Notes under the pieces: generated by a model
What the model was told of the DNA's origin: nothing
The model's input: the letters and a program-made list of their open reading frames with translations, nothing else
Databases searched by the model: none
Made by a program: the position numbers and the translations under genes
From: Fimbriosthenelais zetlandica
Lineage: Eukaryota
Reading direction: 5' to 3'
NCBI GenBank assembly: GCA_977030845.1
Contig: OZ365116.1
Span: 20,274,001-20,338,000, forward strand
Length of the DNA: 64,000 bases
In this document: positions 39,401-50,706 of the stretch, piece by piece
Layout of the letters: each line of letters starts with the position of its first letter
Position numbering within the stretch: position 1 is the first letter of the stretch

Positions 39401-42400
39401 CAATTCTGGGCTTCTTTTCTTATCAGGGAGAGGGTGGGAGGCGCGTGGTGTGATCGGACGGGGGTGATTCTTGTCAAGATAATAGATTCATGATGGAAAA
39501 GGAACAGATTCCAACCACGTGCACTGATTACAATTAGGTGAGAAGCTCAACTTGAAGGGAGTTTGTGGGAGGAGAATTCCTCCCCAATTAAATGTGTGTG
39601 GGCATGTCTTGGATTAGGTTTGTCACTGACCAATCTGAAGACTTTATTGGAAAATGTATATATATCTGAATAAAGTGTATACGACTGCTAAAATGGTTGA
39701 CATTTTATATAATAACTTCAATTAAGAATGTGTCAGCAAACACACATCCAATCCTGACGCCTGACTGTGCACCATGGCATGGATGGATTTGTGATTTTAG
39801 TCTGGATAATACATTCATTATTCTGAAGCAGCAGAATCCTAGTCTTCCTCCTCATTTATCCTAATTAGAAGAGCGCACTGGTACATGTGAGAGGAGGAAT
39901 GAACAAGAGAAGGAAGACGTGGAATCTATCCACTTGATTAAATTGGGAGAAGGTACAAATCTGATTGAATTACATAACTAATTACAGGCTTCTTCAATCC
40001 CATATAACTCAATTTTTCTACCTGGAATACCTAATAATTTTCCAGAAGATCAACTTTGAGGTTCCTTCAGGCATGAGTCTCATATAAATGGGTGGACATA
40101 GTGAGCTGTATATATGAGTGAACCAGTAGTGAGGGAGCAGCTCAGAGAGATGAAGGAGCAACTGGCGACTGCATGTGGAGGTCAATCAATGAGCTCTATA
40201 CCCATTGTGTTTGAGTGACTAAACATAGAAGCTGTACCTATTGACTCCGACCGTAACTATAGGGTCAGACATAATGGGTCCCGACTCTGTCATATTAGAC
40301 ACTTAACCCATGTTTTGTGTAGGACTCTGGACATTCCCAGCCCAGATGATAGAGGACTACTGGGTAATATCTGTGATAAGACAACGGATATAGTTAACAT
40401 CGGATATAGTCCATCAACTTTCCCATGATCCCTATACTATCTTCCCATCATCAATAAATCAGTTCTGGACATTGTCCTTTGTGGATATGAATGTACCAAG
40501 TGCACTATCTTAGTATAAGGATCTAGAACTGATTCATAAGGTAAAATATCCAGCGTGTTATTAGAGCAATCAATAATGTTGCTTGGTGTGGGGAATACAC
40601 CAGTGGTGGTGATCAGTAGTGATGAATGTCTCATTGATTGTTCCACCATGAGGGCATGTAGTGGAGGAGACAATGTGAGCTGTCTCATCAGTTAATAATC
40701 AATAACACCCAGTTCTACACCTCCCTATTACAAGGTCCTGCTGCGCCCACTCACAAAACACTTCACCTCTCACCAAAACCTGACAGTCTATTCACCCAGA
40801 GTGATTGAAAAACCAAACGGAGGAGGACTACATGCCAGTGCCTTTAAGTCAGCAATTGACTGAGAGAGTGGGCAACATGATAGAGAACAAGGCAGTAGCC
40901 AGTGTGTATTGGTCTGGAGTCAGCATGCCTGCGGGCCGTGGACAACTTCCTTCTGATCGGGTCAATAAGAAGGGAGGAGGAGTTGGGGTCGCTGGCTGCT
41001 CCCACCCGCGGCCTTCTTTAGACGCCCCATTAGGCACAGGAGTGGGCAGTAGAGGGCAGGCCTGTGTAACCCGGAAGTGTGGGGTGGATGTCCTGGAGGC
41101 TGAGGCTGCAGGACGTACAAAACACTGGTGCTACATTACCAATACTCGCCCAGCTCCCGATAGGCGGCGCCCCAGCCGTTATTGCTTCTATCCAGTCAAT
41201 ATTTGCCAGTAATCAGAAGATGGCATCGGGCAACAGGCCACATCTCGCCTTTTATCGTCAAGTCTCGCAGTTGGCTTGCAAGCGGGAGATTGGTTCTGTG
41301 ATCGGCTCATTGGCCCCTAAAGCCCAGATCAGACTCGCGCGCTTCTACCAATGGCACATGATACTTTAAAATGCCCTCATATCTTCAGGATCGCAGCGTG
41401 CAGGAACTGTGGCCCTGCTGATATTTTATTCAATTTGGCCTGATTTATTGCTCCAATGGCCAAGGTTGTACATTCCATTTGGTGGGCATAGCTCATCAGC
41501 ATAATAATTGGCAAGTAGACTAGAATGCCCTTCTCAGAAAACTCTTTTGAGGTGATCATTGCAAGACAAATACTCATCCAAAATTCACAAGCGATGGTTC
41601 ATAGGTGGCCATGGCTATGATGACTGAAATGAACCTATAGGTCTAGGTCCTATATTGGAAAGGAATAATGGAAACTATCCAAAACATTTTGTATATGGGA
41701 AGTGGCAAGTCTATAGTTAGGAGGTGGGACGTACAAGCCTGCATGTTAAAGGGTCATATATAGCAGGACTTGACGCTGGGTTATGGTGAATCATGGCGGT
41801 GATAATTAACCTGATCAGGCACAACTGACGTGCCATACTTAATCACCAGATTACCTCCAACTGATAGTCCGGATTAAAGCCTCTAGTAATGCATTGTTCT
41901 ATGTATGGGAGCAACTGATGGATTAGATGACCTCAAACATATGGCAATGTCAGTGGGTGGTTTGAAAGCACCAAAATACATGCAGTCATATTTTAATGTT
42001 CCACTTCATCACATTCCAATCCATATAACCCACCATATATATCCTGCCTAGAGATAAAAAAATAAAGAGGCATGGTAAATCAGAACTATCTTAAAACCAT
42101 TTCTTATTGAGTAAAACAAAAAAGCAGTTGGTAAGAAAGAATGGGTATATGGTTTTTATACCACAAAAGAAGTTGTTCTGAATCTGTGCCATCCATTAAG
42201 CTTAGCGTGACAATGCCACACTGTATTATATGAATGAGTGGTCACGGAGGATCATATAGTCAATGTCTGTCCTCATAACTCCACATAAATACTATAGCGG
42301 CCTCATTTCTGAGGACATGATTCACAAACGCCACTTTCCATATACTACTTTCACTATACTACTCACAATCATCATTCAATAAAGACACCGCAAGTTATTA

Positions 42401-44133
42401 AACTTCCTTCAGGAAAGAATATCTTATGGGGCAAGAAATCACCTAAAATACCACCACATGGGCTACAGGGACACAAGGAAACTTATTTGTTCAGGAGGAC
42501 TGGCTAGAAAGAGATGTCTGGGTGTTCTCCAATCGATAACATTGAGTGCTAAGCAGCAGTCAGCGCCCAAAGCTGGAGTGCACACAAAGTAATGAATAGA
42601 TAACATTAGTGTCAACTCATGTGGACATGCTGATTGCTACATTAATCATATCTATCATCTCTTCTCCTTTCCCACCCATTTTACAACGACACCCATGCAT
42701 GTACACTGAAGGCGTTTAACACTTCAACTGGTAACCAGCCCTGGGCAAGCCTGCATGTCCCATTCACAATCATCATAGCAAAAATATAACGGGCTTCTTA
42801 TTTAGGTTGACCGAGACTTATCGATAATACCTCATCTGTTCAATTTCAGCCAAGCGCCAAATCTCATGACAAATCTATGCAAAGAGGGTTCCATAAAAAT
42901 GATTTAAGATCAACTGGAATGGAGTTATTGATTTTTTGTTCCTAGCAATTGGGGGTTGGAGTGAAAGGGTCAGTTGAATTAGGGCCCTTTTATGGGGGGG
43001 GGAGCAAAGGGGGAAGAGGGGGTTGGTGGGGTATAGTGGGGAAGGAAGTAGGCTGAATGAGTAGTTAGGGTTAACCTAGTGCAATGAAGATTTTGATGCT
43101 GGGGGTCAAGTGACGTCATCGAATACTTTGACAAAGCAAATATCCTGTGTGTCCATTCGAGTGACGGGCGACACACGCAAGGGCTTAATGCAATGATTCA
43201 ATGGTAATGTAGCTAATGCTTACTGGATCCCTTAATGTTACATTCACACCCAGTCAAATTATAGAAGGCTGTCAGGCAGTCATTGCATTTCCTTCAGTCA
43301 GTGACAGTCCTACCACCAGCTGCTTCATTCCATTAAGGCACCATCAACTAATCCACAACCTGTACACAATGCTTCATTCAAATACATTCAACTCACCAGT
43401 CTTATTGCCACTGAATGCAATCATATCATGCTTTGATATCACTACAATGAAACAACTGTATAGGCCTACCATTCCCTCACCACTCCCCTATAATATTAAC
43501 TCCATATACACGATGGAAGAACCACTAAAATCCGCCTGGGAAGTAGGCCTATAGACTACAGTAGCAGGTTTTAAAATCAAAGCCTTGAGCAAGTCTAAAG
43601 AGACAGAACGAGAGTAGTAGGTAAATCCTCCGTCTGCCTCTATCTTTAAGTAGCAGACACCAGGGATATAATGAGCCACCATTTATGAGAAGAGGGATGA
43701 TCCCTGGTGATGAGTCAATGGGTGGAGATACGTGTCAGGGGGATATACATAATACGGTCAGATGAATACCGTATTCCCTCCACCCACCGCCTGGCTATTT
43801 TCAAAAGTTTAGGGGCTAAATACATCACCATGTTAAATCCTGGGCAACATATTTGTCAGGTACATGTGCCTTACAATGACATACCAACACTTGAGAGGGG
43901 AGACAGCCCAGGGATTGAACTGCCAACACTTACTAAATCATTAGATGACCTTCCATCCTTTCCCTATATATAGCTAAGTTATTTGAAAACAGGTGTTTAG
44001 ACAAGGCAATACGGTAGGGGTAAGTGGTGAACCTTGGGACGAGTGGTCAGTGTCAGTGGGCATGCAATCTGTGATAACCTGATATCATGAGGACCACGCC
44101 TGGCTGTCAGGGTGAATCAGGGGGCCTGCTGAT

Positions 44134-44148
44134 GGGGGGGGGGGGGGG
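44134..44148. repeat. G15 homopolymer
   Basis: Direct reading. Confidence 0.9.
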
Positions 44149-44280
44149 AGGCTGGCTGAGCTGACCTCATCATAATCAATATTCAATAAGGCAGATTGTC
44201 TCCCTTCTCTAACCGATAAAGACGAGGGACAGTCGTCAAAAAAGGCCCTGTATATAAAAGTGAGGTGTGGGTGTATGGAA

Positions 44281-44490
44281 TACAGTGCTTCTCCCCTAAA
44301 GCGATCAACTTTGGGACTGACCAATGAGAGTTTTTACTCTCGTTGGACTGACCAAGCTTCTATAAGGTGGTGGTCGTTTCAGTGGGGTATTATAAACATA
44401 TACGGTATATATATAAGAAACAGGGAACCTGACACCATGGTCCGTTCAAGGGGTGGTCGGTTTAGCGGACCACCATATGTAAATGTACCG
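44281..44490. mobile_element. Possible degenerate Tc1/mariner-type MITE relic
   Basis: Starts TACAGTG and carries GCGATCAAC, GGTGGTCG (x2) and GGACCACC motifs resembling TA-CAGT MITEs. No matching right terminus was found. Confidence 0.3.
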
Positions 44491-45224
44491 GTATATAATT
44501 AGTATGTATCAAGGGAACTAATGGCTAAAGATTATTTGCAATTACACTATATCAAAATGATTTTATCGGACCATTTCTGCCTGTTCAATTATATTATAAA
44601 ACATTCTCATCTGAAATAAATAAAAGCTAAGGGCAATAAAGAAGCCACAAAATTTGAATTAACTGGTTGTTCAAGCATGGAACCAACAGCTTTTGTTAGG
44701 AAAAGGGCTTGTGGTGCTTCATCAAGTGAATTAGGAGTAGTAATGAGTTAATAAGCATATGGGGGCGGGTATCCCCTAGGGACAGATTACAGAAGATAAG
44801 TTCCCACAAGCATGCAACACCCCCATACCCATACTCTCAAAAAAATTGTTCATCATCACTTTTTATCCTAATTAGATAAGACTGGTAATAGTTTTTCCCA
44901 ATTAGGACCTTTTTCTCCAAATGCATGGTTTTAAGATTTGATGTCCACATGGGGATGACCTTTTTTAAATATTACATCAGATAATTCTGAAATTTTAATG
45001 GGATGGCCACAACTTTAAAACTTCACTGTAAACTATGTAGATGAGACAGTAACATTGTAAGGATGGAGATGGGTGATTTGGGGCTCATTAATTTATCTTT
45101 CCTAACAGTCGTCCAAGAATGAAGTGAGACACAATTAATTCTGCTAGAAACCTCAGCTTGAGCCTGGGGCAGATGATGACCTTCAAGAAAGTAGCAGACG
45201 ACATTTAGATCAATATTTACAAAC

Positions 45225-46247
45225 CTTGTTCAGGTATTTCTCCTCGGTAAGAACAATGCTATCCGCCTCCAGCTTATCCCGTACAATAGCCATCAGCTGT
45301 AGGCGGGTAAAGGTCACCAAAGTTTGTTGTCCATCCAGGTGTGGATGGACGGGGTGTGAAACGTTCCTTCCACCAGGGCATGAACCACATGGGGTCATTG
45401 TACTGTTAAAACCCACATCTTCTCCTAGACATGCTTGGCAAGGTGGGAGGGGAAGGGGCACCCCGACCCGACCTGAGTGTATTGACGGGAAACCTCCAAG
45501 GGGAGGCAGTGGAGGTGGAGGGGGAGGAGGTGGTGGTGGGGGTAAAGGTGGCTGGTGAGGGTGAGGAGAGAGAGGGATACTGGAGCTACCCCCTTGAAGA
45601 AGCCCATTACTGAGGGGTACGGGAACTGTCAATGGTCTATGAGTGGGGGAGAGCCAAGCTGGTGTTACATTACCACTACTTGGTTGAGACCCCCCTCCCC
45701 CTCCAGCACAAGGGGATCCAATAGTAGTCTGTGCCACCCCACCTCCATTATAGCCATTCACAACACAGACAGGGGAAATATTGCCTAGAACTGAATTCTC
45801 TACATAGTTAGAATGCACAGGACATCGACTAGGAGAAGTTGTAGCAGCTTGGATTGTGTAATTATCACCACTTCCATGGGGCCCACTTTCAGGGAAGCCG
45901 CCATGGGATGTCCTACCATTGGTGACAATATTGTGGTCATGGTCTAAAGACCTTTGCACATAATGTAATCCACGTGTGGAACCAGTGTATGGCCCTAGGC
46001 CATTGACTCTCTGATATTCAGGGTCCAATGTAAAGTATACAGCAGTGCCTCCATGCTCCCGGAGGTGTTGGACTGCAGCTAGTACTTCCTCCCTGTGATC
46101 AACTCGTAACACTCCAATAGCGTCCAGATCCTCAGCACCAATCTGTTTACATATCTCTAAGTCATCGTACCCATTGTCTAAGAAGGACTGTGTATACTGC
46201 ACCATGTTCAGTGAACGTAGCCAGTTCTCTACTATATTGGCATCCAT
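45225..46247 (-). CDS. SAMD5: Exon 1 of SAMD5-SASH1-like gene: N-terminal SAM domain, long Gly/Pro/Ser-rich linker, SAMD5 C-terminal block (341 codons, phase 0)
   Basis: [46 protein letters not shown] matches the recalled SAMD5 SAM domain. AVYFTLDP and [32 protein letters not shown] match the recalled SAMD5 blocks. Donor AAG|GTTTGT at 45225/45224. Confidence 0.93.
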
Positions 46248-46440
46248 GTTGCCTCCAGTGACGAGGGGTAACTGTTTTGTTGTTGTGCGTTATTTGTGAA
46301 CTAAACAAAGTTTGGTCGGTATACTTGCTCCACATGGTGTGGGAGTGGCGTCTACCGCACGTCTGTACAGAATCATAGATGGAGGAGTAGAGCACTTGCT
46401 TCACTCCTCACCCCTTCCCTACTCACTGCACCAGAGTCCC

Positions 46441-46551
46441 CCTAGTAGCGAAACCATAAACTAGCAACTCGCATTGAACAGAGGCGCCCTCTACCCCCTA
46501 GTAGCGAAACCATGAACTAGCAACTCACATTGAACAGGGGCGCCCTCTACC
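46441..46551. repeat. 56-bp tandem duplication upstream of the SAMD5-SASH1 start
   Basis: CCTAGTAGCGAAACCATRAACTAGCAACTCRCATTGAACAGRGGCGCCCTCTACC at 46441 and 46497, 3 differences. Confidence 0.95.
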
Positions 46552-46712
46552 GTGGTTTTCTGACACTTCTACTCAGAGTAGTAGATACAGGAACTATTAT
46601 ATGGGATGGTTGGTATTGAATATCTATTTTATGATTAAAAAAAATCAGAATCATAAATGTGATTCAGATAATGCCCTTTAAATTTCACAAAAAAAATATA
46701 TTATGAATATAT

Positions 46713-46718
46713 TTTATT
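46713..46718 (-). terminator. Candidate polyadenylation signal of DEAF1
   Basis: First AATAAA I found on the minus strand downstream of the stop (about 1.35 kb 3' UTR). Unverified. Confidence 0.35.
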
Positions 46719-47035
46719 TACAATATGGCAAAGACTGACAAAGATATGGGATCAAATTGCAATGTTTGAACAACAAAGTCCTAGTCAATTTTCATAGTCA
46801 ATATCTGGCATTAAATGCCATCATCAATATAACATGTCCTAATAAACGCCAATGACTATGAACGTACGAGACTGGGTCAGCGTTTAGTATGTAGACGTAA
46901 AGAGAGGAACAAAATGTCACCAACTGACACACCATGAGTAGAACATTGAAAAGTCTGTACATGGTGACAATTATTAGTTATTTAATAACGATTCATCAGC
47001 GCATAGATATGAACGTCAACTTGCGCTGTATAAAT

Positions 47036-47066
47036 AATTATCATCATTATTATTATCATCATCATT
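47036..47066. repeat. Imperfect (TCA/TTA)n trinucleotide tract in the DEAF1 3' region
   Basis: Direct reading. Confidence 0.8.
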
Positions 47067-48057
47067 AGTATTTAATTATTGCTCTCAATAAAACTTTCTC
47101 TGGGAGATTCAAACTATTTTAGTGCTCCAGAGCCATTGGGGTTGTCAATAAATATTTCTGAGGCGTAAAGCACTTGGTTTATAGAGAATAAATTTACCTA
47201 CATTATTTTGTGCTTGAATTAGAGGGAACTCATAAAGGGGATGCGACCACGACATGTGAGTATCACAATGTTTTCAAAGAAATCCAAATTTCTTCAAATG
47301 ATTTACATTTCTCAAGTCCAATATAATTTATGAAAATAGCACAAAACAACTATGCATCGGCCTTACACCATGGAAGAGGAATTTCTTGCGACCTTAAAGT
47401 GAAATGTTTGAGGCATAGAAAAGCCTCTGGGATTGGTAGAGAGTTGACAAAATCCAACCTCCTATCAAATTCAATCCTGAAAGGCCCCGAGTTGAATTTG
47501 CTTTCCAGGACTCACTTAAACTAGTTTTCGTTTTTCAAAGTTTCTTGTTTTTTATCATTTTACACCAGATTTCCTCTCCGATCTCACCGCCAAAAATAAA
47601 CCTTCAACAATCAGGGAGCTATACTGGCAATATTCACGATAGAGAATATTACACAATTCTAAACACTTGAAGTGTACTGTGTTATATTATTATGAAACCA
47701 GTTTGCGTGAAATTAATACAGGGACAAGACCCTGCCATATAACACGTAGTAATGTCAACCTACCATGGATCATATAAATACATTTCCAACAGACACTATT
47801 CAGATAATTATTGAATTATAGAAAAATGTAATTGCAAAATAGAACATCTTAAAAATAAAGCAACAAACAGAACACTTAACTATGTCATGCAAAATAATCT
47901 CTTCCTTAAAGTAGAACTTACATGTCATGAATCTTTACAACTGATCAGCTGTTAAACTCAGATATATGCCAAACGTAGCGTCTAGAAAAAAAGGGAAGAA
48001 AATTAAATAAAAATATTGATGAACCTTGACATGGCTGACTAATATTTAGAGATCATG

Positions 48058-50706
48058 TTACTCCTTCTCTTTGTCAGAGTCCTCTTGCTCTTGCATTATA
48101 GCTTCTATAGAGTTTTGTGACGGCTGGCCGGACCAAGACACAGTATAAGAGAGACCTTTGTCTTCTGAAGTAACAACGTTGACACCTTCTAGTTTAACTT
48201 GCATCTCAGCTCGAGCCTGAGCCAAGGCTTGCTGTACAGCAATGTCTTTTTGTGCTCGTTCGTCCATGACAGCCCTGGACAAGTTCATCTGAGCTTCGAT
48301 ACGAAGCGTGTTGACGGCCTGAGAAGATTATAAAGACAGCACTTTAAATATCTACTCCAGCCTTTTCATCCTTAAAATATTTTACTAGAATATATTACTG
48401 TGAATGAGAAGCCCAAAGCACAGACTAAGCCAATGCTTATCGACTTAGAGGCCATCTCAAAAGTTTTTCTCTAAATTTAAGTTCTTTAATTTGGAGCCAG
48501 ATCAACACCCCACCTTGAGAAATTTTGATCTGGTCCCTTATGTATTAATACAATTTAAAATGGGGAAGACTCTCACCTCATTCTTTTCCTTATCACACTG
48601 AGCTTTCTGGAGTTGTAGCGCCGTCTCTTTGGCTGCTATACTCTGAGCTTTGGCTTGTTCAATCTGGGCTTTTAGTTGAGCAACTTGTTGTGACAAATTG
48701 TTGGCTATCTGTAAATGAAAAGAACAAAGCATTATTATATAAAATTGAAATAAATCCTATCCTATGTCCTTAATATATGATATGTTAAAGTCCGAGCTCT
48801 ATACATGTACTAAAAAGTTAGCAGAAACGTTTACTGGTACTTACTTCCTCTAGTTGCCACCATTGCTTTTGTTCATTGACATCAAGGTTCATGATAGGAG
48901 AAGATGACTTTGGTGCTTGTTGAGGCATAGGTGCCATAAGGGCTTCTGAAATTACATCAAATATTACTCAAATTCTAATAAATTTATTAGCCTAGGCAAA
49001 TTTACTACAGAAATGTATCTACATAATATTCATCTACCCACTTTAATTAATTAACTTTCTTACCATATTGTCCACCAGGTACAAGGTTTCCCTGGGCATC
49101 AGTAGCTGCCGTAATAATTTGGATCGTCTCTCCATTCTCTGCTCCGTTCACACGAACCGTCTGGGCATTAGAAAATGCCTGAGGTGATAAAGCAACCACG
49201 TGCATGGCTGAAAAACAGAAATATCAAGTATATAGAAACATATTATAAAATATCCCCAATAAAATAACTCTTGAAACAGTCCATATTTGGATACAGCATA
49301 AAAAACCAACTTATAATGAATGTATTCTTTCACTGAGAGTATATGAAGATTACGGTACTGTAATTAATTTCAGATCAAACAATCAAATCAGAATATAGGC
49401 AATGCATACATTCCTTCCCGTCAGCAGTGGTAACAATAGCTGTGGGAGAGTTGGAGCTAGAGGGGGAGGACATACGTTTCTTTGGAGTATGTATATTCAC
49501 TGTTGAGTCACGTTTACGTCGCTTATATGGCACGAAGAGTCTGACAGGTCCAGTCTGAAAAGCAATAGTGTATTATATACTTATGAATTCTTGACAAGCA
49601 TATATAACATAAATGTAATACATTTTTACATATTTTCCAACGTTTTTTTTAGGAGTTAGGGGGGCGGGGGTGTTCAGTAAGGAATACTTACCACTGACTC
49701 GTCATCACAGCAGGCTGCACACGTACATGACGTAGCATGAGGTTCAAGAATACCGTCTTCTATGAGACACTGTAAGGTACGACCACCGTAACGTATGCTA
49801 CGTTTCCAGTCTTTACTACTAGCCCGGCCACACACAGCTTCAAACTCACTAGGTGTGTACCAGTTATCATCCATCTTTATACATCTCCCTCGTCCCCCTG
49901 GAAGAAAAGTTACACAATAGACTCACACAGGAGGCATTGAATACCAGTCACCAGAATGTGGCACTTAAATTAATTTTGAATGAAGTCTGGAGGTAAAAGC
50001 TATGACCCAGACTGTGCCTCGAGCCCGCCACCAGGCTAGGCCTAGCCCTAACCCAAAAGATGTGACCGAAATAAAATTAAAATGTTAATAAAATTAGAAT
50101 GTCAATACACATGCAGGAGCCAAACATTATGCTTGTAAGCCTTGTGTAAATCTATGCCTATGGGTAGGCTAGGGTCTAGGCCCAAAAGGTGAGACCGAAA
50201 TAAAATTAAAATGACAATAAATTTAGAATGTCAATACACATACCTGAGCCAAACCTATGTTTGTGTAGATCCCCATTGGAGCTCTTACATCGTACAGGTA
50301 ATATATCTAGGTGTACAGCGTCGTCCCACTGGTATCTCAGGCCTCTTTCCCGACTGTTAGGTGTAGATGGAGTAGGGGGAGGGAGGGGAGTCTGAGGGGC
50401 CTTCCCTGACACTGCCCCAGTCAGTTCTCCTAATGTTTGATCATGTATCACAATATGAGTGGTTTTAATACCAGCAGACTGTAACTCAGCTGTAAGTAGT
50501 CCCTGTGATGTTGCCACGAACACTTGGTCATGGGCTAGTCGTGGCGGGTTAGTAGTGATGGTCACAGTGTCATGTTGACTATCATCTGAGCCATGTGTTT
50601 CGTGTTGTTGTACAGTCGTGAATGCCGAATCGTCTCCATTCGGAAGCTCCTCGGAAATGTCTACCTCCGACATTACGGAAACTTCCCCACTCTCGTTTGC
50701 GTCCAT
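48058..50706 (-). CDS. DEAF1: DEAF1 homolog (SAND domain with KDWK, zinc motif, NLS, coiled coil; no MYND), 483 aa. Exons 50706-50244, 49897-49692, 49554-49410, 49207-49064, 48945-48845, 48708-48577, 48318-48058
   Basis: [85 protein letters not shown] followed by [14 protein letters not shown]. All six introns are GT-AG with consistent phases (1,0,1,1,0,0). Total 1452 nt. Confidence 0.95.
50034..50263. repeat. Diverged ~129-bp tandem duplication spanning the DEAF1 exon 1/intron 1 boundary
   Basis: 50052-50135 aligns to 50181-50263 (CCCAAAAG..GACCGAAATAAAATTAAAATG..TTAGAATGTCAATACACAT..GAGCCAAAC). Confidence 0.9.

Noticed and set aside
46850-46970. CHHVQTFQCST as a remnant MYND exon of DEAF1
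   Set aside because: Lacks the CxxC spacing, the YC..CQ core and the W..H tail; no suitable acceptor.
46236-50706. SAMD5-like and DEAF1 proteins both begin MDAN
   Set aside because: Nucleotide similarity does not extend; coincidence.
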